In this document: positions 29,268 through 44,155 of the stretch, piece by piece
Layout: each line of letters begins with the position of its first letter
Numbering within the stretch: the stretch's first letter is position 1
From: the human T2T-CHM13v2.0 reference genome, Homo sapiens
Direction of reading: 5' to 3'
DNA: 64,000 nt
Assembly: GCA_009914755.4 (NCBI GenBank)
Contig: CP068257.2
Location: forward strand, 40,864,001-40,928,000
Translations under genes and position numbers: made by a program
The notes under the pieces: generated by a model
Databases searched by the model: none
What the model saw: only the letters and a program-made list of their open reading frames with translations
What the model was told of the DNA's origin: nothing

Positions 29268-32200
29268 CATTTTGTTTTTAAGAAAACAATGTGTCGGGTG
29301 TCTTTTCTCAGTATGTCATTCACTCATGTTTCTTGGGTGACTACCAGAAGTTCCTCAGCTCTGGGTACTGTTGCTGTCCTCCTCTCGTGGCGCTGGCATA
29401 CCTGCTTGTTTGAATTGCCTTTCTCCTCTCCTCAAGCCCATTTTTAATTATCTAGTTACTAGGACAAGCATCTAAATAGTTGTGGAGCAAATACAGTTAT
29501 CGGAAGAGCTAAATGAACCATTTCCCTCTCCCTCTACAAACAGGAAAGCCAGAAAGGTTTTAAACTGGACTGGTAATTTTAGGTTCCCCAGAGCTGGCTT
29601 TGTGCTATCTGACCACTGAGGCCCTGCACTGGGAGGAACCAGACGGGGCCCCTGGCAACCACATCCGGGTGGTACTAGAACATCTCAGTGCTGTTATCTA
29701 TGACCCCAGAACAGAGTCTCAGTTCAGGGGCCCTAAAAGAGTTTCCCCACTGAACAAGCATGGAAATGTGAAAATACGTATTTATTAAACAAGATAAGTG
29801 AAGATTGTTTCATTTAGAATGTGATTCACTAATGCATTTCTTTGATTACTTAGTTATCTTGGTATGTTCAAAATATTGTGGCTTTCTTTTTAGCAGTTCT
29901 TTATATTAATACATTTAAAGAGGGTCCCAGAAGGGCACCAGGCTTTAGGATGGCTAGAAATGGGGACATGGCCTGGTCATTTTGGGTCATCTTGGCCCTG
30001 GTCTCAGTTCCAAGGATGTGTTGGAGAGAGTATAGGGGTGATAGCTTAGGAAAACTCTCCGGAGTGAAGAGGCAGCTTGGCTTTATTAGGTTGTTTTCTT
30101 CACCTTAATCCTGAAAACCTTTTCAAGCTAACTGGCAGCAAGTTGGACATCGAGGTATGTGTTTAGTTCTAGAAACTTCTCTATGTGTGTCATGATATTT
30201 TCTTTTGTTACTATCTTAAGTCATGCACATATATGATATGTATTACAATGTAGTAGAAAAAGTAAAATTTATACAGTAAAGGGAGAAAAAGGACCCAGAA
30301 AGCAAGAACTCATTAGCCTGCCTGTGCCCAGCATGACCCTGCAAGACAGGCGTCTTACTCCCAAGTTCACTACCAGAATAAATGAATTAATTGACTCTAA
30401 AAGGGTTTTGAGAACAGTTTCAAGTTATTATTGCTTATGCTTCCTCCCCTACATTCCAGATCCCACAAAGAAGCCACTTCTTGGGCTGACCTTTTTATCA
30501 TCCACCTCAAACTCAACAAGGGCAAAACTGAACTTCTTCTCTCCGCTTTATTTCCTTATCTTAATGAAGGGCCCACTTGCTACCGGTTTACTAAGCCAGA
30601 ATCTGAACATCATCAATGTCAGGGACCAGTTCTTTCCTTCCCCCTTCCCCAACCAATCTCCAAATCCTGGAGAGTCTTCCTTCCAAATTATTCCAAATCC
30701 ATCTACTTTTTTCCATTCCCACTGCTTCTTCCTTAGTCAGGACACCATCATTTTCTGCCAAGAAGACGCCAACAGCCCAGGTGGTCTCCCTGCCCTTAGT
30801 CTCACTGTCTTCTAATCTATTTGCCACACTGACCAGAATAATCTTTTAAAACCACACATCTAATCACGTTGTTCTTCAGTTTAAAATCTTTCAGTAGTGA
30901 AGTCCAGACTCCCTCATTCGATTATTAGGCTCTGAATGATGTGGCCACTAAGTCCCTCCCCAGCCTCTTCTCTTGCCTTATGTTCACACACCACACTCTC
31001 TGCTGTGGCCATAATGACTTTCAGTTCCCCAAACCCAACTTTCTGTAGGATTGCTGGGCCTTTGCCTATGCTATTTGTTCTCTGCTTGGAACACCTTCCA
31101 CTCTTCTTTTGGGTAACTCGATGCCTTCTCCAGGTCTCAGCTCAGCTGTCACTTACACAACCCCATAGGCAGGCTTTATCCCCAACCCTTGTCCACAGTA
31201 TCCTCCAGGTGACTGTGTCTCCCAGGTGGGTAGCCCCTGAAGTAACCCTCTACACTCCATCACTGTCAGAGAGTTGGAAGGCTGGAGAGGCATGACCCCT
31301 CAGAGTCAACCTAGATCCTTGTGGCTTCAGCCCCCAGCAGGTAGGGAGCCCACCAAGCTTCAACTCTACAGCAGAGACACAGCCAAGGCTACTGGTATGT
31401 GCAAAACATTGGCTTGTGAAAATTACAGTATCCAAAACATGATTTTTTTTCTAAAAGAGCTTTTTAAATTTTGTTTTCTAAAAGTTAAAACCAGAAAATT
31501 TCTGATTTCTGACAGGTTAAGGATTTAGGGGAATTTTTAAGTTATGTGATGTGAGGTTCTCTGTAGTTTTGTACCAACTAGATTGTTCATTTCCTAAGAA
31601 TGAGGACCTCTCCTATTCATCTTTGTAATAGGGACAGTGTCTTACAGATGAAAACATTCAATGACCCTACATTAGAGGAGAAGAAACTGGAGCACAAATT
31701 GGTTGAATGTTCCCCCATGTGACACATTTAATAAGGCTAATGTTGTTGAAGTGGAGGCTGGGCAGGCAGTAAGAGGATTCCCTTGTATACTTGCACGGTG
31801 AACATGAGTACTGGCATCGCAGGCCTCGTTCAATGTTGATACTCTTGAATTTAAAGTGGCATTTCCATGTACTCTTACAGATGTTCCTTCATTTGCCATC
31901 AGAAGGATAGCTGTGAAGTGATATATAGGAACTTTGTAGGCATATTTGATTTTTAAACCTCTATTAACTTTGTGTCAAATAATCAAAGCTTAACAGGATT
32001 TATATTAAGGATGGTGAGAGGGAATCAAACTTCATTTTTAGAGAAAAATAGCAAATCAAAATAAGCTGATGAAAGGGACTTTGTGGTTCTCTCCTTCCTT
32101 CAGCTCCTGATATGAATCCTAGACTTTTTACATATTCATACTAATTAGCTGTGCTTTCCAATAATTAGAGTAGCCATAAGCATTTGTACACTAATTCACA

Positions 32201-32539
32201 GTTCCTAAAGCATTCTTAGGAATATTAGCATAAATGTTTATTGAATGTCTCCTGTGTGCCAGGCATGATTCTATACATGATAAGGATTCACTGATGAATA
32301 AAACCGGTTAAAAAATCTCTGCTTTCATGGTGCCTACATTCTAACACCTTACTTTCCCCATTCATCCATACATCAACCCCACAGAATCACACTAGGAAAA
32401 CTGGAGTTCAGGAGAGTAAAGTGACTTTCACAGGGTCCCAAAAATAGTAAGTTTGGGGTCACAATTTGAACTTGTCACTCCAGATTCCAAGTCCCATGCC
32501 TTTTTTTTTGCTAGGTCAGTATTCACTGTGGAATCATAA

Positions 32540-32939
<400 letters not shown>

Positions 32940-33244
32940 TAGAAAAGATTTAAGATACAAGAGTTAAATACTAATGGTCTTAACCATAAGAGTTAAAACT
33001 ATAAATTAACTGGAAAGGAGCAGCTGCCTAGAGGAACCCAGGGCATGCGCCTTCTGATGGCCACAGTGAGTGCTGAGGTCTTCAGTGTAGGCTGTGAGGG
33101 GGACTGGCTGCCTAAACTGTCAGCCTGTGGTAAGTAGGGTAGATTAAGCTGATGGAGCAGAAAGCCTCACCATCCAAAGCCATCCTTTCCCAGACTCCAT
33201 GTCTGGTGGGAATAGATAGGCAACCCGGGAAAGAGTACTAAAGT

Positions 33245-33668
33245 GTGTGTCTTAGTCCTTTTGGGTTGCTATAAAGGAATCCTCGAGGCTGGGTAATTTA
33301 TAAAGAAAAGAGGTTTATTTAGTTCATGGTTCTGCATGCTGAACAAGAAGCATGGCACCAGCACGTACTTCTTACGAAGGCCTCAGGAAGCTTCCATTCC
33401 TGATGAAAGGTGAAGTGGAGCAGGCCTCACATAGTGAGAGGGGAAGGAAGAGAGAGAGCATGGAGGGAGGTGCCAGGCTCCTTCTAATCAGTGCTCACAG
33501 GGACTGATACAGTGAGAACTCACTTACTACTGAGAGGATAGCACCAAACCATTCCTGAGAGATCTCCCCCGATGACCCAGACACCTCCCACTAGGTCCCA
33601 CCTCCAACAGTGGGGGTCAAGTTTCAACATGAGATTTGGAGGGGACAAATACCCAAACAATATCAGTT
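33245..33668 (-). mobile_element. MaLR (THE1/MST-type) LTR, minus orientation
   Basis: The plus strand ends ...gacccagacacctcccactaggtcccacctccaacagtgggggtcaagtttcaacatgagatttggaggggacaaatacccaaacaatatca, which is the reverse complement of the MaLR LTR 5' end. Confidence 0.8.
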
Positions 33669-33722
33669 TGATAAAGAGGATATGAGTAATTTCATTCTCC
33701 CATCAGACAGTGTTGTCCATAA

Positions 33723-34208
<486 letters not shown>

Positions 34209-35771
34209 TGACTCCTTAGTTGATGGGTCAGTTTCCTATTTCCACATACCTGACCTCATTCTACCTATAGGCATAAACTCAAGAGGAATTTACAACAGAT
34301 GGGCTCAGGCAACAAGTTAGCCCCAGAGTGGAGCTCAGCTACAGAGGAATGCTTCACTGAAAGAAATGTGAGTCCCTGAATCTGATTCAAGCCTTTATCA
34401 AGTCCTACTTCAGTTAGAATCCAGTTTACTCCCCAAATACCCGTGAGCACTCTCTCAGTTACTATTTCCCTTGCTACACATATAGAAGAAAAGCAAGAAA
34501 GTTACTCTGCTGGGAAACACTGCCAAGGGGTCTTAGAAGCAAGAAAATTTGCCTATTTTATACAGGTAGTTTAAAGAGAACCACCCTTATAAATGGGTGT
34601 TTGTCCCCTTATTATTTCAGGACACTTGAAAGCTCCTCTCCTCCAATATGTCTCTAATTCAAGTATCACAGTGTCTAAAATTCTACCACTAAAATGCCAT
34701 TACCTAAATTAAGCACAGCCTTCTGTCTTTATGTTGATATTTCTTTAAATATCATGCCAATAGTTTTAAAATCAAATGATACTAAAGGTATATAACAACA
34801 AACAGTCGGGCCTGGCTTTATCCCTTCAACTCCTCTGTCTCATTCCCCTACCATTTTCTACTCTTTTACCCATTTCTTCTGGTAGTTCCCTATATTTCTA
34901 AATAATATGAGTAAACTATGATTTTTATGTCCAATTTTAAAGCTTTTCTATGGACCTCTGGTTTTAGAGACAACATCTAGTTCTCTTACATCCCTTGCCA
35001 CTTCCCCTGATGCTGTAGGACAGACAGGTCTGTCCCACCCACGGTGACTCAGTCATTGTTGTTCATGGCCGCTGCCCGTTCTTCACGATCAAGGAGGAGA
35101 ATTCTTTGGAGGAAACAGAGCTTTCATACGTGAATCGACTGGGAAGCGAGTCAAAAGTACTGCAACTGGAAGTGTGGCATGGGGAGGGGGCCGTGGCCAG
35201 TCTCCTCACTGGGCTCCTGTAGGACTGGGAACGCCTACTCCTTCACACCTAATTATGTTTGCTGGATTGGGTTATAGTTCTTCAGTGTGTGGACTCTTGT
35301 CAGTTTTATATCCGTAGGCCGAGCACAATGCCTGGAATACAGAGCATGCTTAATAATCAGAGGCTTTTCATTGTATTTCTTATCAACAACACTAGTAACT
35401 GAATATAAATCACCCTTCCTCGCCAGTCAGTGCACCATACCATTAGAATTCTTGCTTTTTGATCAGTGGAGATAAAATGAGTTTCTTTTCTCCATGTTAA
35501 GTAATCAGGTTCTGATTTTCCCTTTTCTTTCTCTCTAATAGTGTTTAATGCTCTAATGCTTTCTAAGCATGAGGTATTTTCTTGAGCTCTGAAGCCCAGT
35601 ATCCTCAAAGCCCCCTTCAGGGAAACCTCAGTTCCCTGTCAGTCAAGGCCTGTCACTGGCTTTGCCTTGGCCTTCTCTGGGAGAATGTCTGCTCCTTAAG
35701 TTGATGGCATACAAGTTGAGGTGGGGAAAAATTAAAGTGTAGGATTTCTGTAGGCAGCTAATGTTTTATTA

Positions 35772-36022
35772 CTGGAGTGCAGTGATGCGATCTCAGCTCA
35801 CTGCAACCTCTGCCTCCTGGGTTCAAGCAATTCCCCTGCCTCAGCCTCCTGAGTAGCTGGGACTACAGGCACACACTACCACGCCCAGCTAATTTTTTGT
35901 ATTTTAGTAGAGATGGGGTTTCACCATGTTGGCCAGGATAGTCTCGATCTCCTGACTGCATGATCTGCCCGTCTCAGCCTCCCAAAGTGCTGGGATTACA
36001 GGCGAGAGCCATAGCGCCTGGC
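35772..36022 (-). mobile_element. Alu (minus), truncated: the poly-T end (the 3' end of the element) is missing
   Basis: ctggagtgcagtgatgcgatctcagctcactgcaacctctgcctcctgggttcaagc...gattacaggcgagagccatagcgcctggcc. Confidence 0.9.
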
Positions 36023-36029
36023 CTAAAAT

Positions 36030-37935
36030 GTATTATATAAGCATCATAGTGACCACAAAACAAAAACCTGCAGCAGATATACAAAATGTAAAGAGAAAGG
36101 AATCAAAGCATACCATTACAAAAATCATCACATTAGAAAGGAAGATAGTAAGGGAGTAACAAAGCAACAAAGGAACTACAAACCGCCAGAAAGCAATTTT
36201 TTAAATGGCAGTAGTAAGTCCTTATCTATCAATAATTAATGTAAATGGATTAAATTCTGCAATCAAAAGATAGAAGTGGCTGAATGGATATTAAAAAAAA
36301 AAAATCTAGGTGCTGCCTGCAGGAGACTCAGCTTTAAGGATACACATAGGCTGAAAGTAAAGGCATGGGAAAAGATATTCCATGCAAATGGTTACCAAAT
36401 AGAGAGCAAAAAAGATACTTATATCAGACAAAACAGACTTTAAGTCAAAAACTTCATAAGAGACAAAGTCACTATATCATGATAAAGAGATAAATTCATC
36501 AAGAGGATATAACAATTATAAATGTATATGCACCCAACATCAGAGTACCTAAATATATATTAACGGAACTCAAGAGAGAAATAGCAATACAGTAATAGCA
36601 GGGTACTTCAGTACCCCATTTTCAACAATGAATAGATGATCCAGACAGAAGATGAATAAGGAAACAGTGAACCTGAATGACATTCTAGAGCAAATGGACC
36701 TAACAGACATACAGAACACTCCTTCCCCCAGCAGCTGAATGCACATTTAAATGTACACAGAACATTCTCTAGGATAGATCATATGTTAGGCCACAAAACA
36801 AGTTTTAACAAATTTAAGAAGATTAAAATCATATCAAGTATCTTTTCTGACCACAATAACATGAACTAGAAATCAGTAACAGGAGGAAAATTGGAAAATT
36901 CACAAATATGCAGAAATTAAATACACACCTGAACAACCAGTGGGGTCAAAGAAGATATCAAAAGGGAAATCAGAAAATTCCTTAAGACAAATTAAAATGG
37001 AAACAACATACCAAAACGTATGGGATGCAGCAAAAGCAGTACTAGAGGGAAGTTTATAAAGAAAATGTGGTGTATAGCTGTATCTACACAATGGAATACT
37101 ATTTAGCCTTAAAAAAGAAGGATTTCCTGTCATTTGCAACAACATGGATGAACCCGGAGTACATTACACTAGGTGAAATAAGCCAGGTACAGAAAAACAA
37201 ATATAGGCCAGGCATGGTAGCTCACTTCTCTAATCCCAGCACTTTGGGAGGCTAAGGCAGGAAGACTGCTTGAACCTGGGAGTTCAAGACCAGCTTTGGC
37301 AACATATCAAGACCCTGTGTCTACAAAATTTAAAAAATTAGCTGGGCATGGTGGCATGGGCCTGTATTCTCAGATACTCAGGAGGCTGAGGGGGAGGATC
37401 ACTTGGGCCTGGGAAATCAAGGCTGCAGTGAGCCTTGACCATTGCACTCACGCCACTGCCCTCCAACCTGGGCAACAGAACAAGACCCTGTCTCAAAACA
37501 AACCAACAAACAAACAAAAAAGAAAAATATGCATGACCTCACTTATTTTTGGAATCTGAAAAACTTGAACTCAGAGAAGCAGAGCATATAATAATGGTGG
37601 TTACCAGGGGCAGTAGGTGGGAGAAATGGGGAGTCGCTGGCCAAAGAGTACAAAGTTTCACTTAGGAAAGATGAGTAAGTTCTGGAGGGCTAATGTACAG
37701 CTCTAATGTATAGTTAGTAATAATACATTGTATACTTGAAATTTGCAAGAAGAATAGATCTTAAATATTCTCACCACCAAAAAAAAAAAATAATGTGAGG
37801 TGATTGGATATACTAGCTTGACTGTGGCAATAATTTTACAATGTATTCATATATCAAAACATCACATCCTATACTACAAATTATGTAATTTTTATTTGTC
37901 AGTTATACGTCAGTACAACTGGGTGGGGGGGAGGG
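36030..37935 (+). mobile_element. L1 (LINE-1) fragment: ORF2 N-terminal region joined to the ORF2 C-terminus and the 3'UTR, interrupted by a nested Alu
   Basis: aatggattaaattctgcaatcaaaagatagaagtggctgaatgg (ORF2 start region). atggaatactatttagccttaaaaaagaaggatttcctgtcatttgcaacaacatggatgaacc (ORF2 3' region). The L1 3'UTR tail ...ggtggttaccaggggc...tatacttgaaatttgcaagaagaatagatcttaaatattctcaccacc(a)n...tatcaaaacatcaca. Confidence 0.85.
37207..37520 (+). mobile_element. Alu (plus) nested inside the L1 fragment
   Basis: ggccaggcatggtagctcacttctctaatcccagcactttgggaggctaaggcaggaagactgcttgaacctgggagttcaagacc... Confidence 0.92.
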
Positions 37936-38899
37936 GGGGTGGGAAGAAGCTGTCTCCATATGAGGCCGAGGTGTCCTATATATCCTGAGCTTGTATTATC
38001 GCCTTTCAAGTGTAAAACCTGTAGGTGATGGGATGCCCGAAAGGTTTGAAAATCAGGAATGACAAGATCAGATTTTGCTTTAGGAGGGCAACTTGAGGCA
38101 GCTTAAAGAGTGGATTGCAGGAGGTAGAACTTGGAAGTGAGAACGCTGTTGCACAAGTGCAGTGAGAGAGGGGTAGCCTCGAGCCGAACCAATGGCAAGG
38201 GCCAGGGCTGGGGAGACCATTGGAGAGAGGGGTGGGAGCCACACTGGGCTATCACCGGGAATGGAGAGCTAGAAAAGAGAGGAGAAAGCACTGGCACAGG
38301 GGGCCTGCGGAGAGAAAGAAGGTCTGAAGAAAACCTGGCCAAAAGGAGAAGACTGGAGCCCTGGGCCATCCCGCTTGCGGAATGAGGGGCCGGCGGGCTT
38401 CCTGGGGCTGAACCCTGCGTGGCAAAGAAGTGGGCAGGTTTTCTTTCTGCCTGCAGAAGGCTTCTCAAATGCCTAACAAAGTGATGGATTTCACGCAGCC
38501 CAGCTCAGCAAAGAGAGACACAGACATCAGAGTGTTCTAGAAACAAAGCAGGGCCCCAGGGGGAAACTGCGAGGCCTAGCAGGGCAGGGGAGCCAAACAC
38601 AGGGAAGAATGCCTTCTCCATTCTCCAGAGGGAAGCTCAACGTGCCTGGGGAAGGGTGCGAGGGGCACTGGCCTGTTGGGACATTTACAGCCAGGCCTCG
38701 GGTTGGTTTTATCCTTAAACATTGTTTTATCCGGGGGCAGGCTTTTTCCCCGGAAAATTTCCGCTCTGCCTCACTTTGCTCTTCCCCGAGGAGTGGGCTG
38801 GGAGCCCCCTCTGCTCTGAAGCCATCCTGGGGGTCCACTGTGGGTGTTCGGCAGTAGCTTCTAGGGGACTGGCCAGGCCCCTCCCTGGGGCTGCCTAAG

Positions 38900-40420
38900 G
38901 AGAAGAGTTGTTTCTGGGGTGACGTGGGAGCCTGTGTGCCAGGGCACTGGCCCGCAAGGGTAAGAACCCGGCGGGCTCCCGCAGCCTAACAGGGAGCTGC
39001 CTCTGTCACGTGCCTGCGAGGTGGGACACAAGTTGGCTTACAAGTTGGTTCGACATAGCCAAATCCGCGTGCCGCATTTCCACGCTATGGAGTGCTAGTC
39101 TTCATGATTGTGCCCCTTGACATGACACAATAGGAATAGAAGCCGGGAGGCCAAGCAAAGGCCCTCTTTGGGGGTGGGGGCGCGGCGGCATGTGACCCTC
39201 GCCGCCTGTGGGGAAGACCTGCCTTGAGGACAGAGCGCCAGGGGTGCAGAGGCCGCCTGGGACTGCCCGGAGGCCGGTGGGGAGCGCGCCAGCGAAAGCC
39301 CGTGCGCCCTCGGAGCCGGGGAAGGCGCGGGCCATGACCCGGGTTCGCCCGCAGAGGCCGGGCAGTGCCGCAAGGCGTGGGGGCGCCCCCGCCCGGTGGC
39401 CCCGGGGCTGGTGCGACCCTGGGCACGCCGGGGCCGGGGCCGGAGCCGGGGGTCGCGGCGGCCGGGGAGGGGGAGGAGCCGCGCGGCTCCGCCGGCGCCC
39501 CGCGGGCCAGGGAAAGTGAAAGGGCGGCGGGGCCTCCCGCGCGCCGCTCCAGGAAGTCGCGAGCAGGAAGCGCCCGCGGCGGCCGGGCCGGGCTGGGCTG
39601 CGGAGCGCGGGCCTCGGCGGCGCAGGTGAGGCGCGGGGCCGGGGCCGGACCGGGAGGCGGGGACCCCCCGCCCCACCGCCCGCACCTGCGGGGCAGCCGG
39701 CGCTCAGGCGCCGCAGCCGCTCAGCACCTGCGGCGCCCTCAGGGAGCCGGGCGCGGGGCCCTGCGCACTCGGAGCTCGGCTCCTCTCCTTCCTTTTCTTT
39801 TTTTTCGGGGGGAGGTGGGGGCTGGTTTGGATGTTTTCCGAGAGCCGGGGACGGTCTCAAGCTATTTTCGCGGAGGGAAGTCTTTGAAATACGACATCTA
39901 GAAGAGTGGCCCTCGGCGACAATGCCGGGCGTTCCCGGACCGGGGCAACGCTGGGATTCCGGGGAAGTGGAGGCAGAGGGAGCGGGCACGGGGCCGGCAG
40001 CCGCTCCACGGAGTCCCCGGCAGGGGCGAGCTTAGCTGTCCAGCCGGGTCCCCTGCCCACCCCGGCCCGGGCCGCGGTGACAGCTGAGGGTCCAGAGAGC
40101 CGGCAGGAGGGGACCCTGCGCATTGTCTGCCGCGATGGGGACGTGGGCGTGCCCGCGGAATTCACCTCCTCCGGGGACCAGCCGCCCAGGGAGGAGCCGG
40201 CACAGAACGCTGGCTCGGAGCGCCGGCACCCTGGGCCTTTGCGTTGTTTGTCGGCTGAGCAGCTGGTTCCCGGAGCCCGTGGGCCTCCTGGCCAATGCGA
40301 GTGACAGCGACCTTCTGGGTTTATAATAAAGGGCTTGACGCGCCGGAAAGTCCCCTCGCCGCTGGCCACCAGCCTTCCAGCCCTTACGGCCCACGCCGTA
40401 ATCCTGGTGACCGAGAAGGT
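38900..40420. promoter_or_regulatory. SLC37A1: Second, very GC-rich CpG island: candidate SLC37A1 promoter and non-coding first exon(s)
   Basis: Extreme CpG density. Strong donors on the plus strand: GCGCAG|gtgagg after 39625 and GAGAAG|gtacgt after 40418. It lies 4.5 kb upstream of the SLC37A1 ATG exon. Confidence 0.6.
39500..39625 (+). other. SLC37A1: Candidate SLC37A1 5'UTR exon 1. The 5' boundary is uncertain; the donor lies at 39626-39627.
   Basis: Consensus donor CAG|gtgagg in the CpG island upstream of the ATG exon. Both strands are ORF-free only by GC artefact, and no better evidence is available without a cDNA. Confidence 0.4.
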
Positions 40421-41427
40421 ACGTACAGTCTAAGGATTTGCATTTGAACGAAGGATACTGGCCAAGCCCCTTACCACCCCCACTCCCCGCTAACACCCCA
40501 GCCCGCGGCCCCAGGTTTGAATTTCCAAAGGAGGAATTGCTAAAGCCTGCCCTTTCCGGGTCTCCCTTAGCTCTTTGCCTGGAAGGTGCCTGCCTGCCTG
40601 CCTGCCGGCCCTTGAACTTAAATCGTCTGAAGTTGTGTAAGTGGATAAATATTTTAGACTTCCCCCGTTGTTTTTTTATTAATCCCCTTTGAGAGCAAGC
40701 TTGAAAACACCTGGCCCCAGACCTGTGATTCACCAAGTCATTTTGGAACTGCATTTACACGTTCTGTTTCATGCAGCCCACCTGTGATGTTCTCTTTGTT
40801 GGGGGTTGGAGGCAGGTAAGGGAGGTGGTGCAAATGGAATTCAGGTTCCTTGTACTTCAGCCAAGGGGAAAGAGATAGTGACCATTTTCATTCATCTTTA
40901 ATATGGAAAGCGCCTTTAAAAGCAAAAAGCCATAGAAAGAGCACACTCTGGACAGGAAGTTGTATTCTATCTCGTAATTTAAAAAAAAGAAAAGAAAAAA
41001 TGCATGAAAACTTTTGGAGGAGAATTGCATTTCTCACCCATCTTTGCCTGTAAAGTGAGACCCAGTTAAAAAAAAATGTCATAAAGTAGATTATTTAAAA
41101 TATCTGTGGGGCCGCTTTGATTATGTGTAATGCCACCTCAGCCCTAAAAAGACTGAGGAACCTTACTCCTGCTATTGCTCACTTCCTATCCCCATTATTT
41201 GAGTCTCTGCAGATTACTTGGAACCTTCTAGGCAGCGCAGATCACATGTGGGTGGGTCTGGGAGTGGAGCTTGTGAATGTTTCTTTCCTCAGCTTATTCT
41301 GTTTTACAGTTGCCTAGGGTGGGTTTTTTGAAGAAATAGGTATAAAACCATGTGTCTTTCAGAGTCTGTTTGTTTTTTTAACTTTTAGTTTCAGGGGTAC
41401 ATGTGCAGGTTTTACAGGTTGTAATAA

Positions 41428-41784
<357 letters not shown>

Positions 41785-44155
41785 TGAAACTGGACATTCT
41801 GCCGCTTTTCCTCCCTGGAATGGTAAGTTCCAGGGGGGCCTGTAGAGAGTGACTTTTTAAAAAAGTATCTCTTCTTTTTATGTACTTGGGCAGTGTGCCA
41901 AAAACTGGGTTTAAACCAAGTGATTTGCTCCCATTCTGCTGCCCTTTCTCTGCAGGGGATGGGCAGGAAGAAGAGTGGCTGGAGGGAGGAGGTGGCTCAG
42001 AGAAACAGGACAAACTGGAATCTGCCCCACTTATCCAGCTGACCCAGGCGAGCCGCCTAGCCTCATTTTTCTCCCTTGTGAAAAGAGCGCCCTGCCTCTT
42101 CAGGGTGGTCACGGGGCTCAAATGAGAGCATGTCAGTCATGGTTCGTGCTTCCAGAGGTCTTGACCCACTCAAAATGAAGTGGTCTTTAGTGGTGCTGCA
42201 CAGGCTAGGGAGGAAGGGCCTCATTAGTTGAGCTCTTAACATCCCAAATGTAAAATCACTGTCTTTGCACATCTTAACTGCACTCACTATGAGAATTTAT
42301 AGCACTTTTCTTTCACCCATTTTACAGGGAAAAGAATCCATCATTGTTTTAAAAAGAAATCAAAGAGGTTTTTTTTCCCTTCTTGATTTGTCAGTGCCTT
42401 CTGGGCCTTTGATGTTGTTGTCACAGGTTTTATCAGAGTTGGAGGTTTTTGATTTATTTAGTAGATGGCAATGGAATGTTTCCAGACACGCTGGACATGG
42501 AGAAGCAGCACTTGAGAGGAAGACGTTTGCTTCTGACCATCCGTTTCCAGACACTGTTGAACCAAATTCTTTACTCTGAAGTTGTCATCACAAAGTCATT
42601 TCCCAGAGTAGATCCAGACCCATTCTGGAGCCCACCCATTTTGAGCAAAATATTGCTTAAATCTAGAGGTTTGAGCAGACGTGGTTTTGAAGTATTTGTG
42701 GCTGTTCATTCAACGTGAGTTTCTTGAGCACGTGGTCTGTGCTAGGTTCTGGACAAGGAGATGGAAGTAGGACCTTGCCCTGCAGTCCCGGGCCTTCCTC
42801 TTTTGAATTTACAATGAGGATAATATCAGCTAGTGTTTGTTGCGCATTTACTACGTACCAGGCCACTTATCAAGTGCTTCCCATAGGTTATCTCATTGCA
42901 TGTTTATAACAACATGGATGCTATCATCCCCATTGTTTAGCCTTGAAGGAGAGGGAGCAGAAAGGTTAAGTGACTTGCCTCGGCTTACACAGCCCAGGGT
43001 CAGCCTTGGAAGGAAGAGGTATTGGAGTGGGGTGAATCCCACCTATTCAGGCCCTGTAGGACCTAGGAGAAAGGTGTAGTTCTGGCTGGAGCAGATAGAA
43101 GAGATGAGGGGCGGCTCCTGGGACGAAAGCTCAGCAGGGATTTTGAATCTTTTTGTAAAAGGTGGTATAAGGGAAAAATCCTTGGAGAATGTGCATTTTT
43201 GGAAGCTCACTTTCGAGGGAGGCAAAAGTGAATGTGGGGAACTGATTGGCTTTGGAGGACGCAGTGACTCAGGAATGTCATGAGTTTGACATTGGGATGG
43301 GAGACCAGGCCTGCCTGCTGTGCTGGGCCCCTTCTCAGTTCTCCGGCCTCCCTCCCCATTCCTTCCTATATTGCTCTGCCTTCAGCCCTGACTTCATAAT
43401 CAGGTCATTTTCTGTGACCTCTGAGGTGACCACAGGAGATGAAAAATGAAGAGGCAGACGAGGCAAATTCATTCCTCCTTTGGATTCAAATGGCAAAGTC
43501 ACAATTAAATGATTGGTTTGATCTGCCCTCTTGTCTAGGCCCACATTTCTCTGTCACTACGGTTCAAAGGTGGCCTGGTCCATAGGGGTGGAACTGAGGC
43601 AGTCCAGTGCCCTGGCATGCCTTGATATCTGGGCACATAGCGTGGCTGCTGGACACATACTTGGTTTTGTGAATGGGTTGATCTCTAGATGCCTCCCAGA
43701 TAGAGATGAGTTCCTTGGTTCCTTTTTATCCACCATCAGAACATTATTTGAAATTCATTTCCAGGTTCTCAGAACAAACCGCCTCAAGGGTAGATACTCC
43801 ACCTCATTCCCCCTCTTCCTAGTAACACTCCTGGCGGGGGCCCCTGCTTGTATCAGACGTGCAGCTTTGATCAGGACTGGGTACTGCTACTGTACGTGTG
43901 TGGTTACTTCTGCCAGTAACGCTGAAGGTGTGAATGTCACGACACTGGACTCTGAATGCCTCTCCTCCTCCTTGTAGAGAGCAGAGCCACTGCCAGAAGG
44001 AAGGGGACAAGACCCAGCAGGACACCTTCTTTCCACGCTTTCCAGCCTGTGGGAGCGGCAGGGGCAACAGAGAGAGGATCTGGAGCCAGGATTAATGACT
44101 CATTTATGAAGCATCTTATTCTGCGACCGAGGCTCAGTGGTCAGTGGCGACGTAA

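Noticed and set aside
30324-30815. 163-aa plus ORF in the intergenic region as a possible novel small gene
   Set aside because: The region has no splice or promoter context and sits in what looks like decayed repeat sequence. The peptide is low-complexity (S/L/P/F-rich), and there is no CpG island or poly-A signal architecture.
39085-40754. Long overlapping ORFs on both strands in the track (295, 196, 240, 178 and 170 aa) that look like a dense protein-coding cluster
   Set aside because: They fall inside an extreme-GC CpG island. Stop codons are AT-rich, so GC-rich DNA yields long ORFs in all frames. The translated peptides are low-complexity (poly-P/G/A/R), and no frame is favoured.
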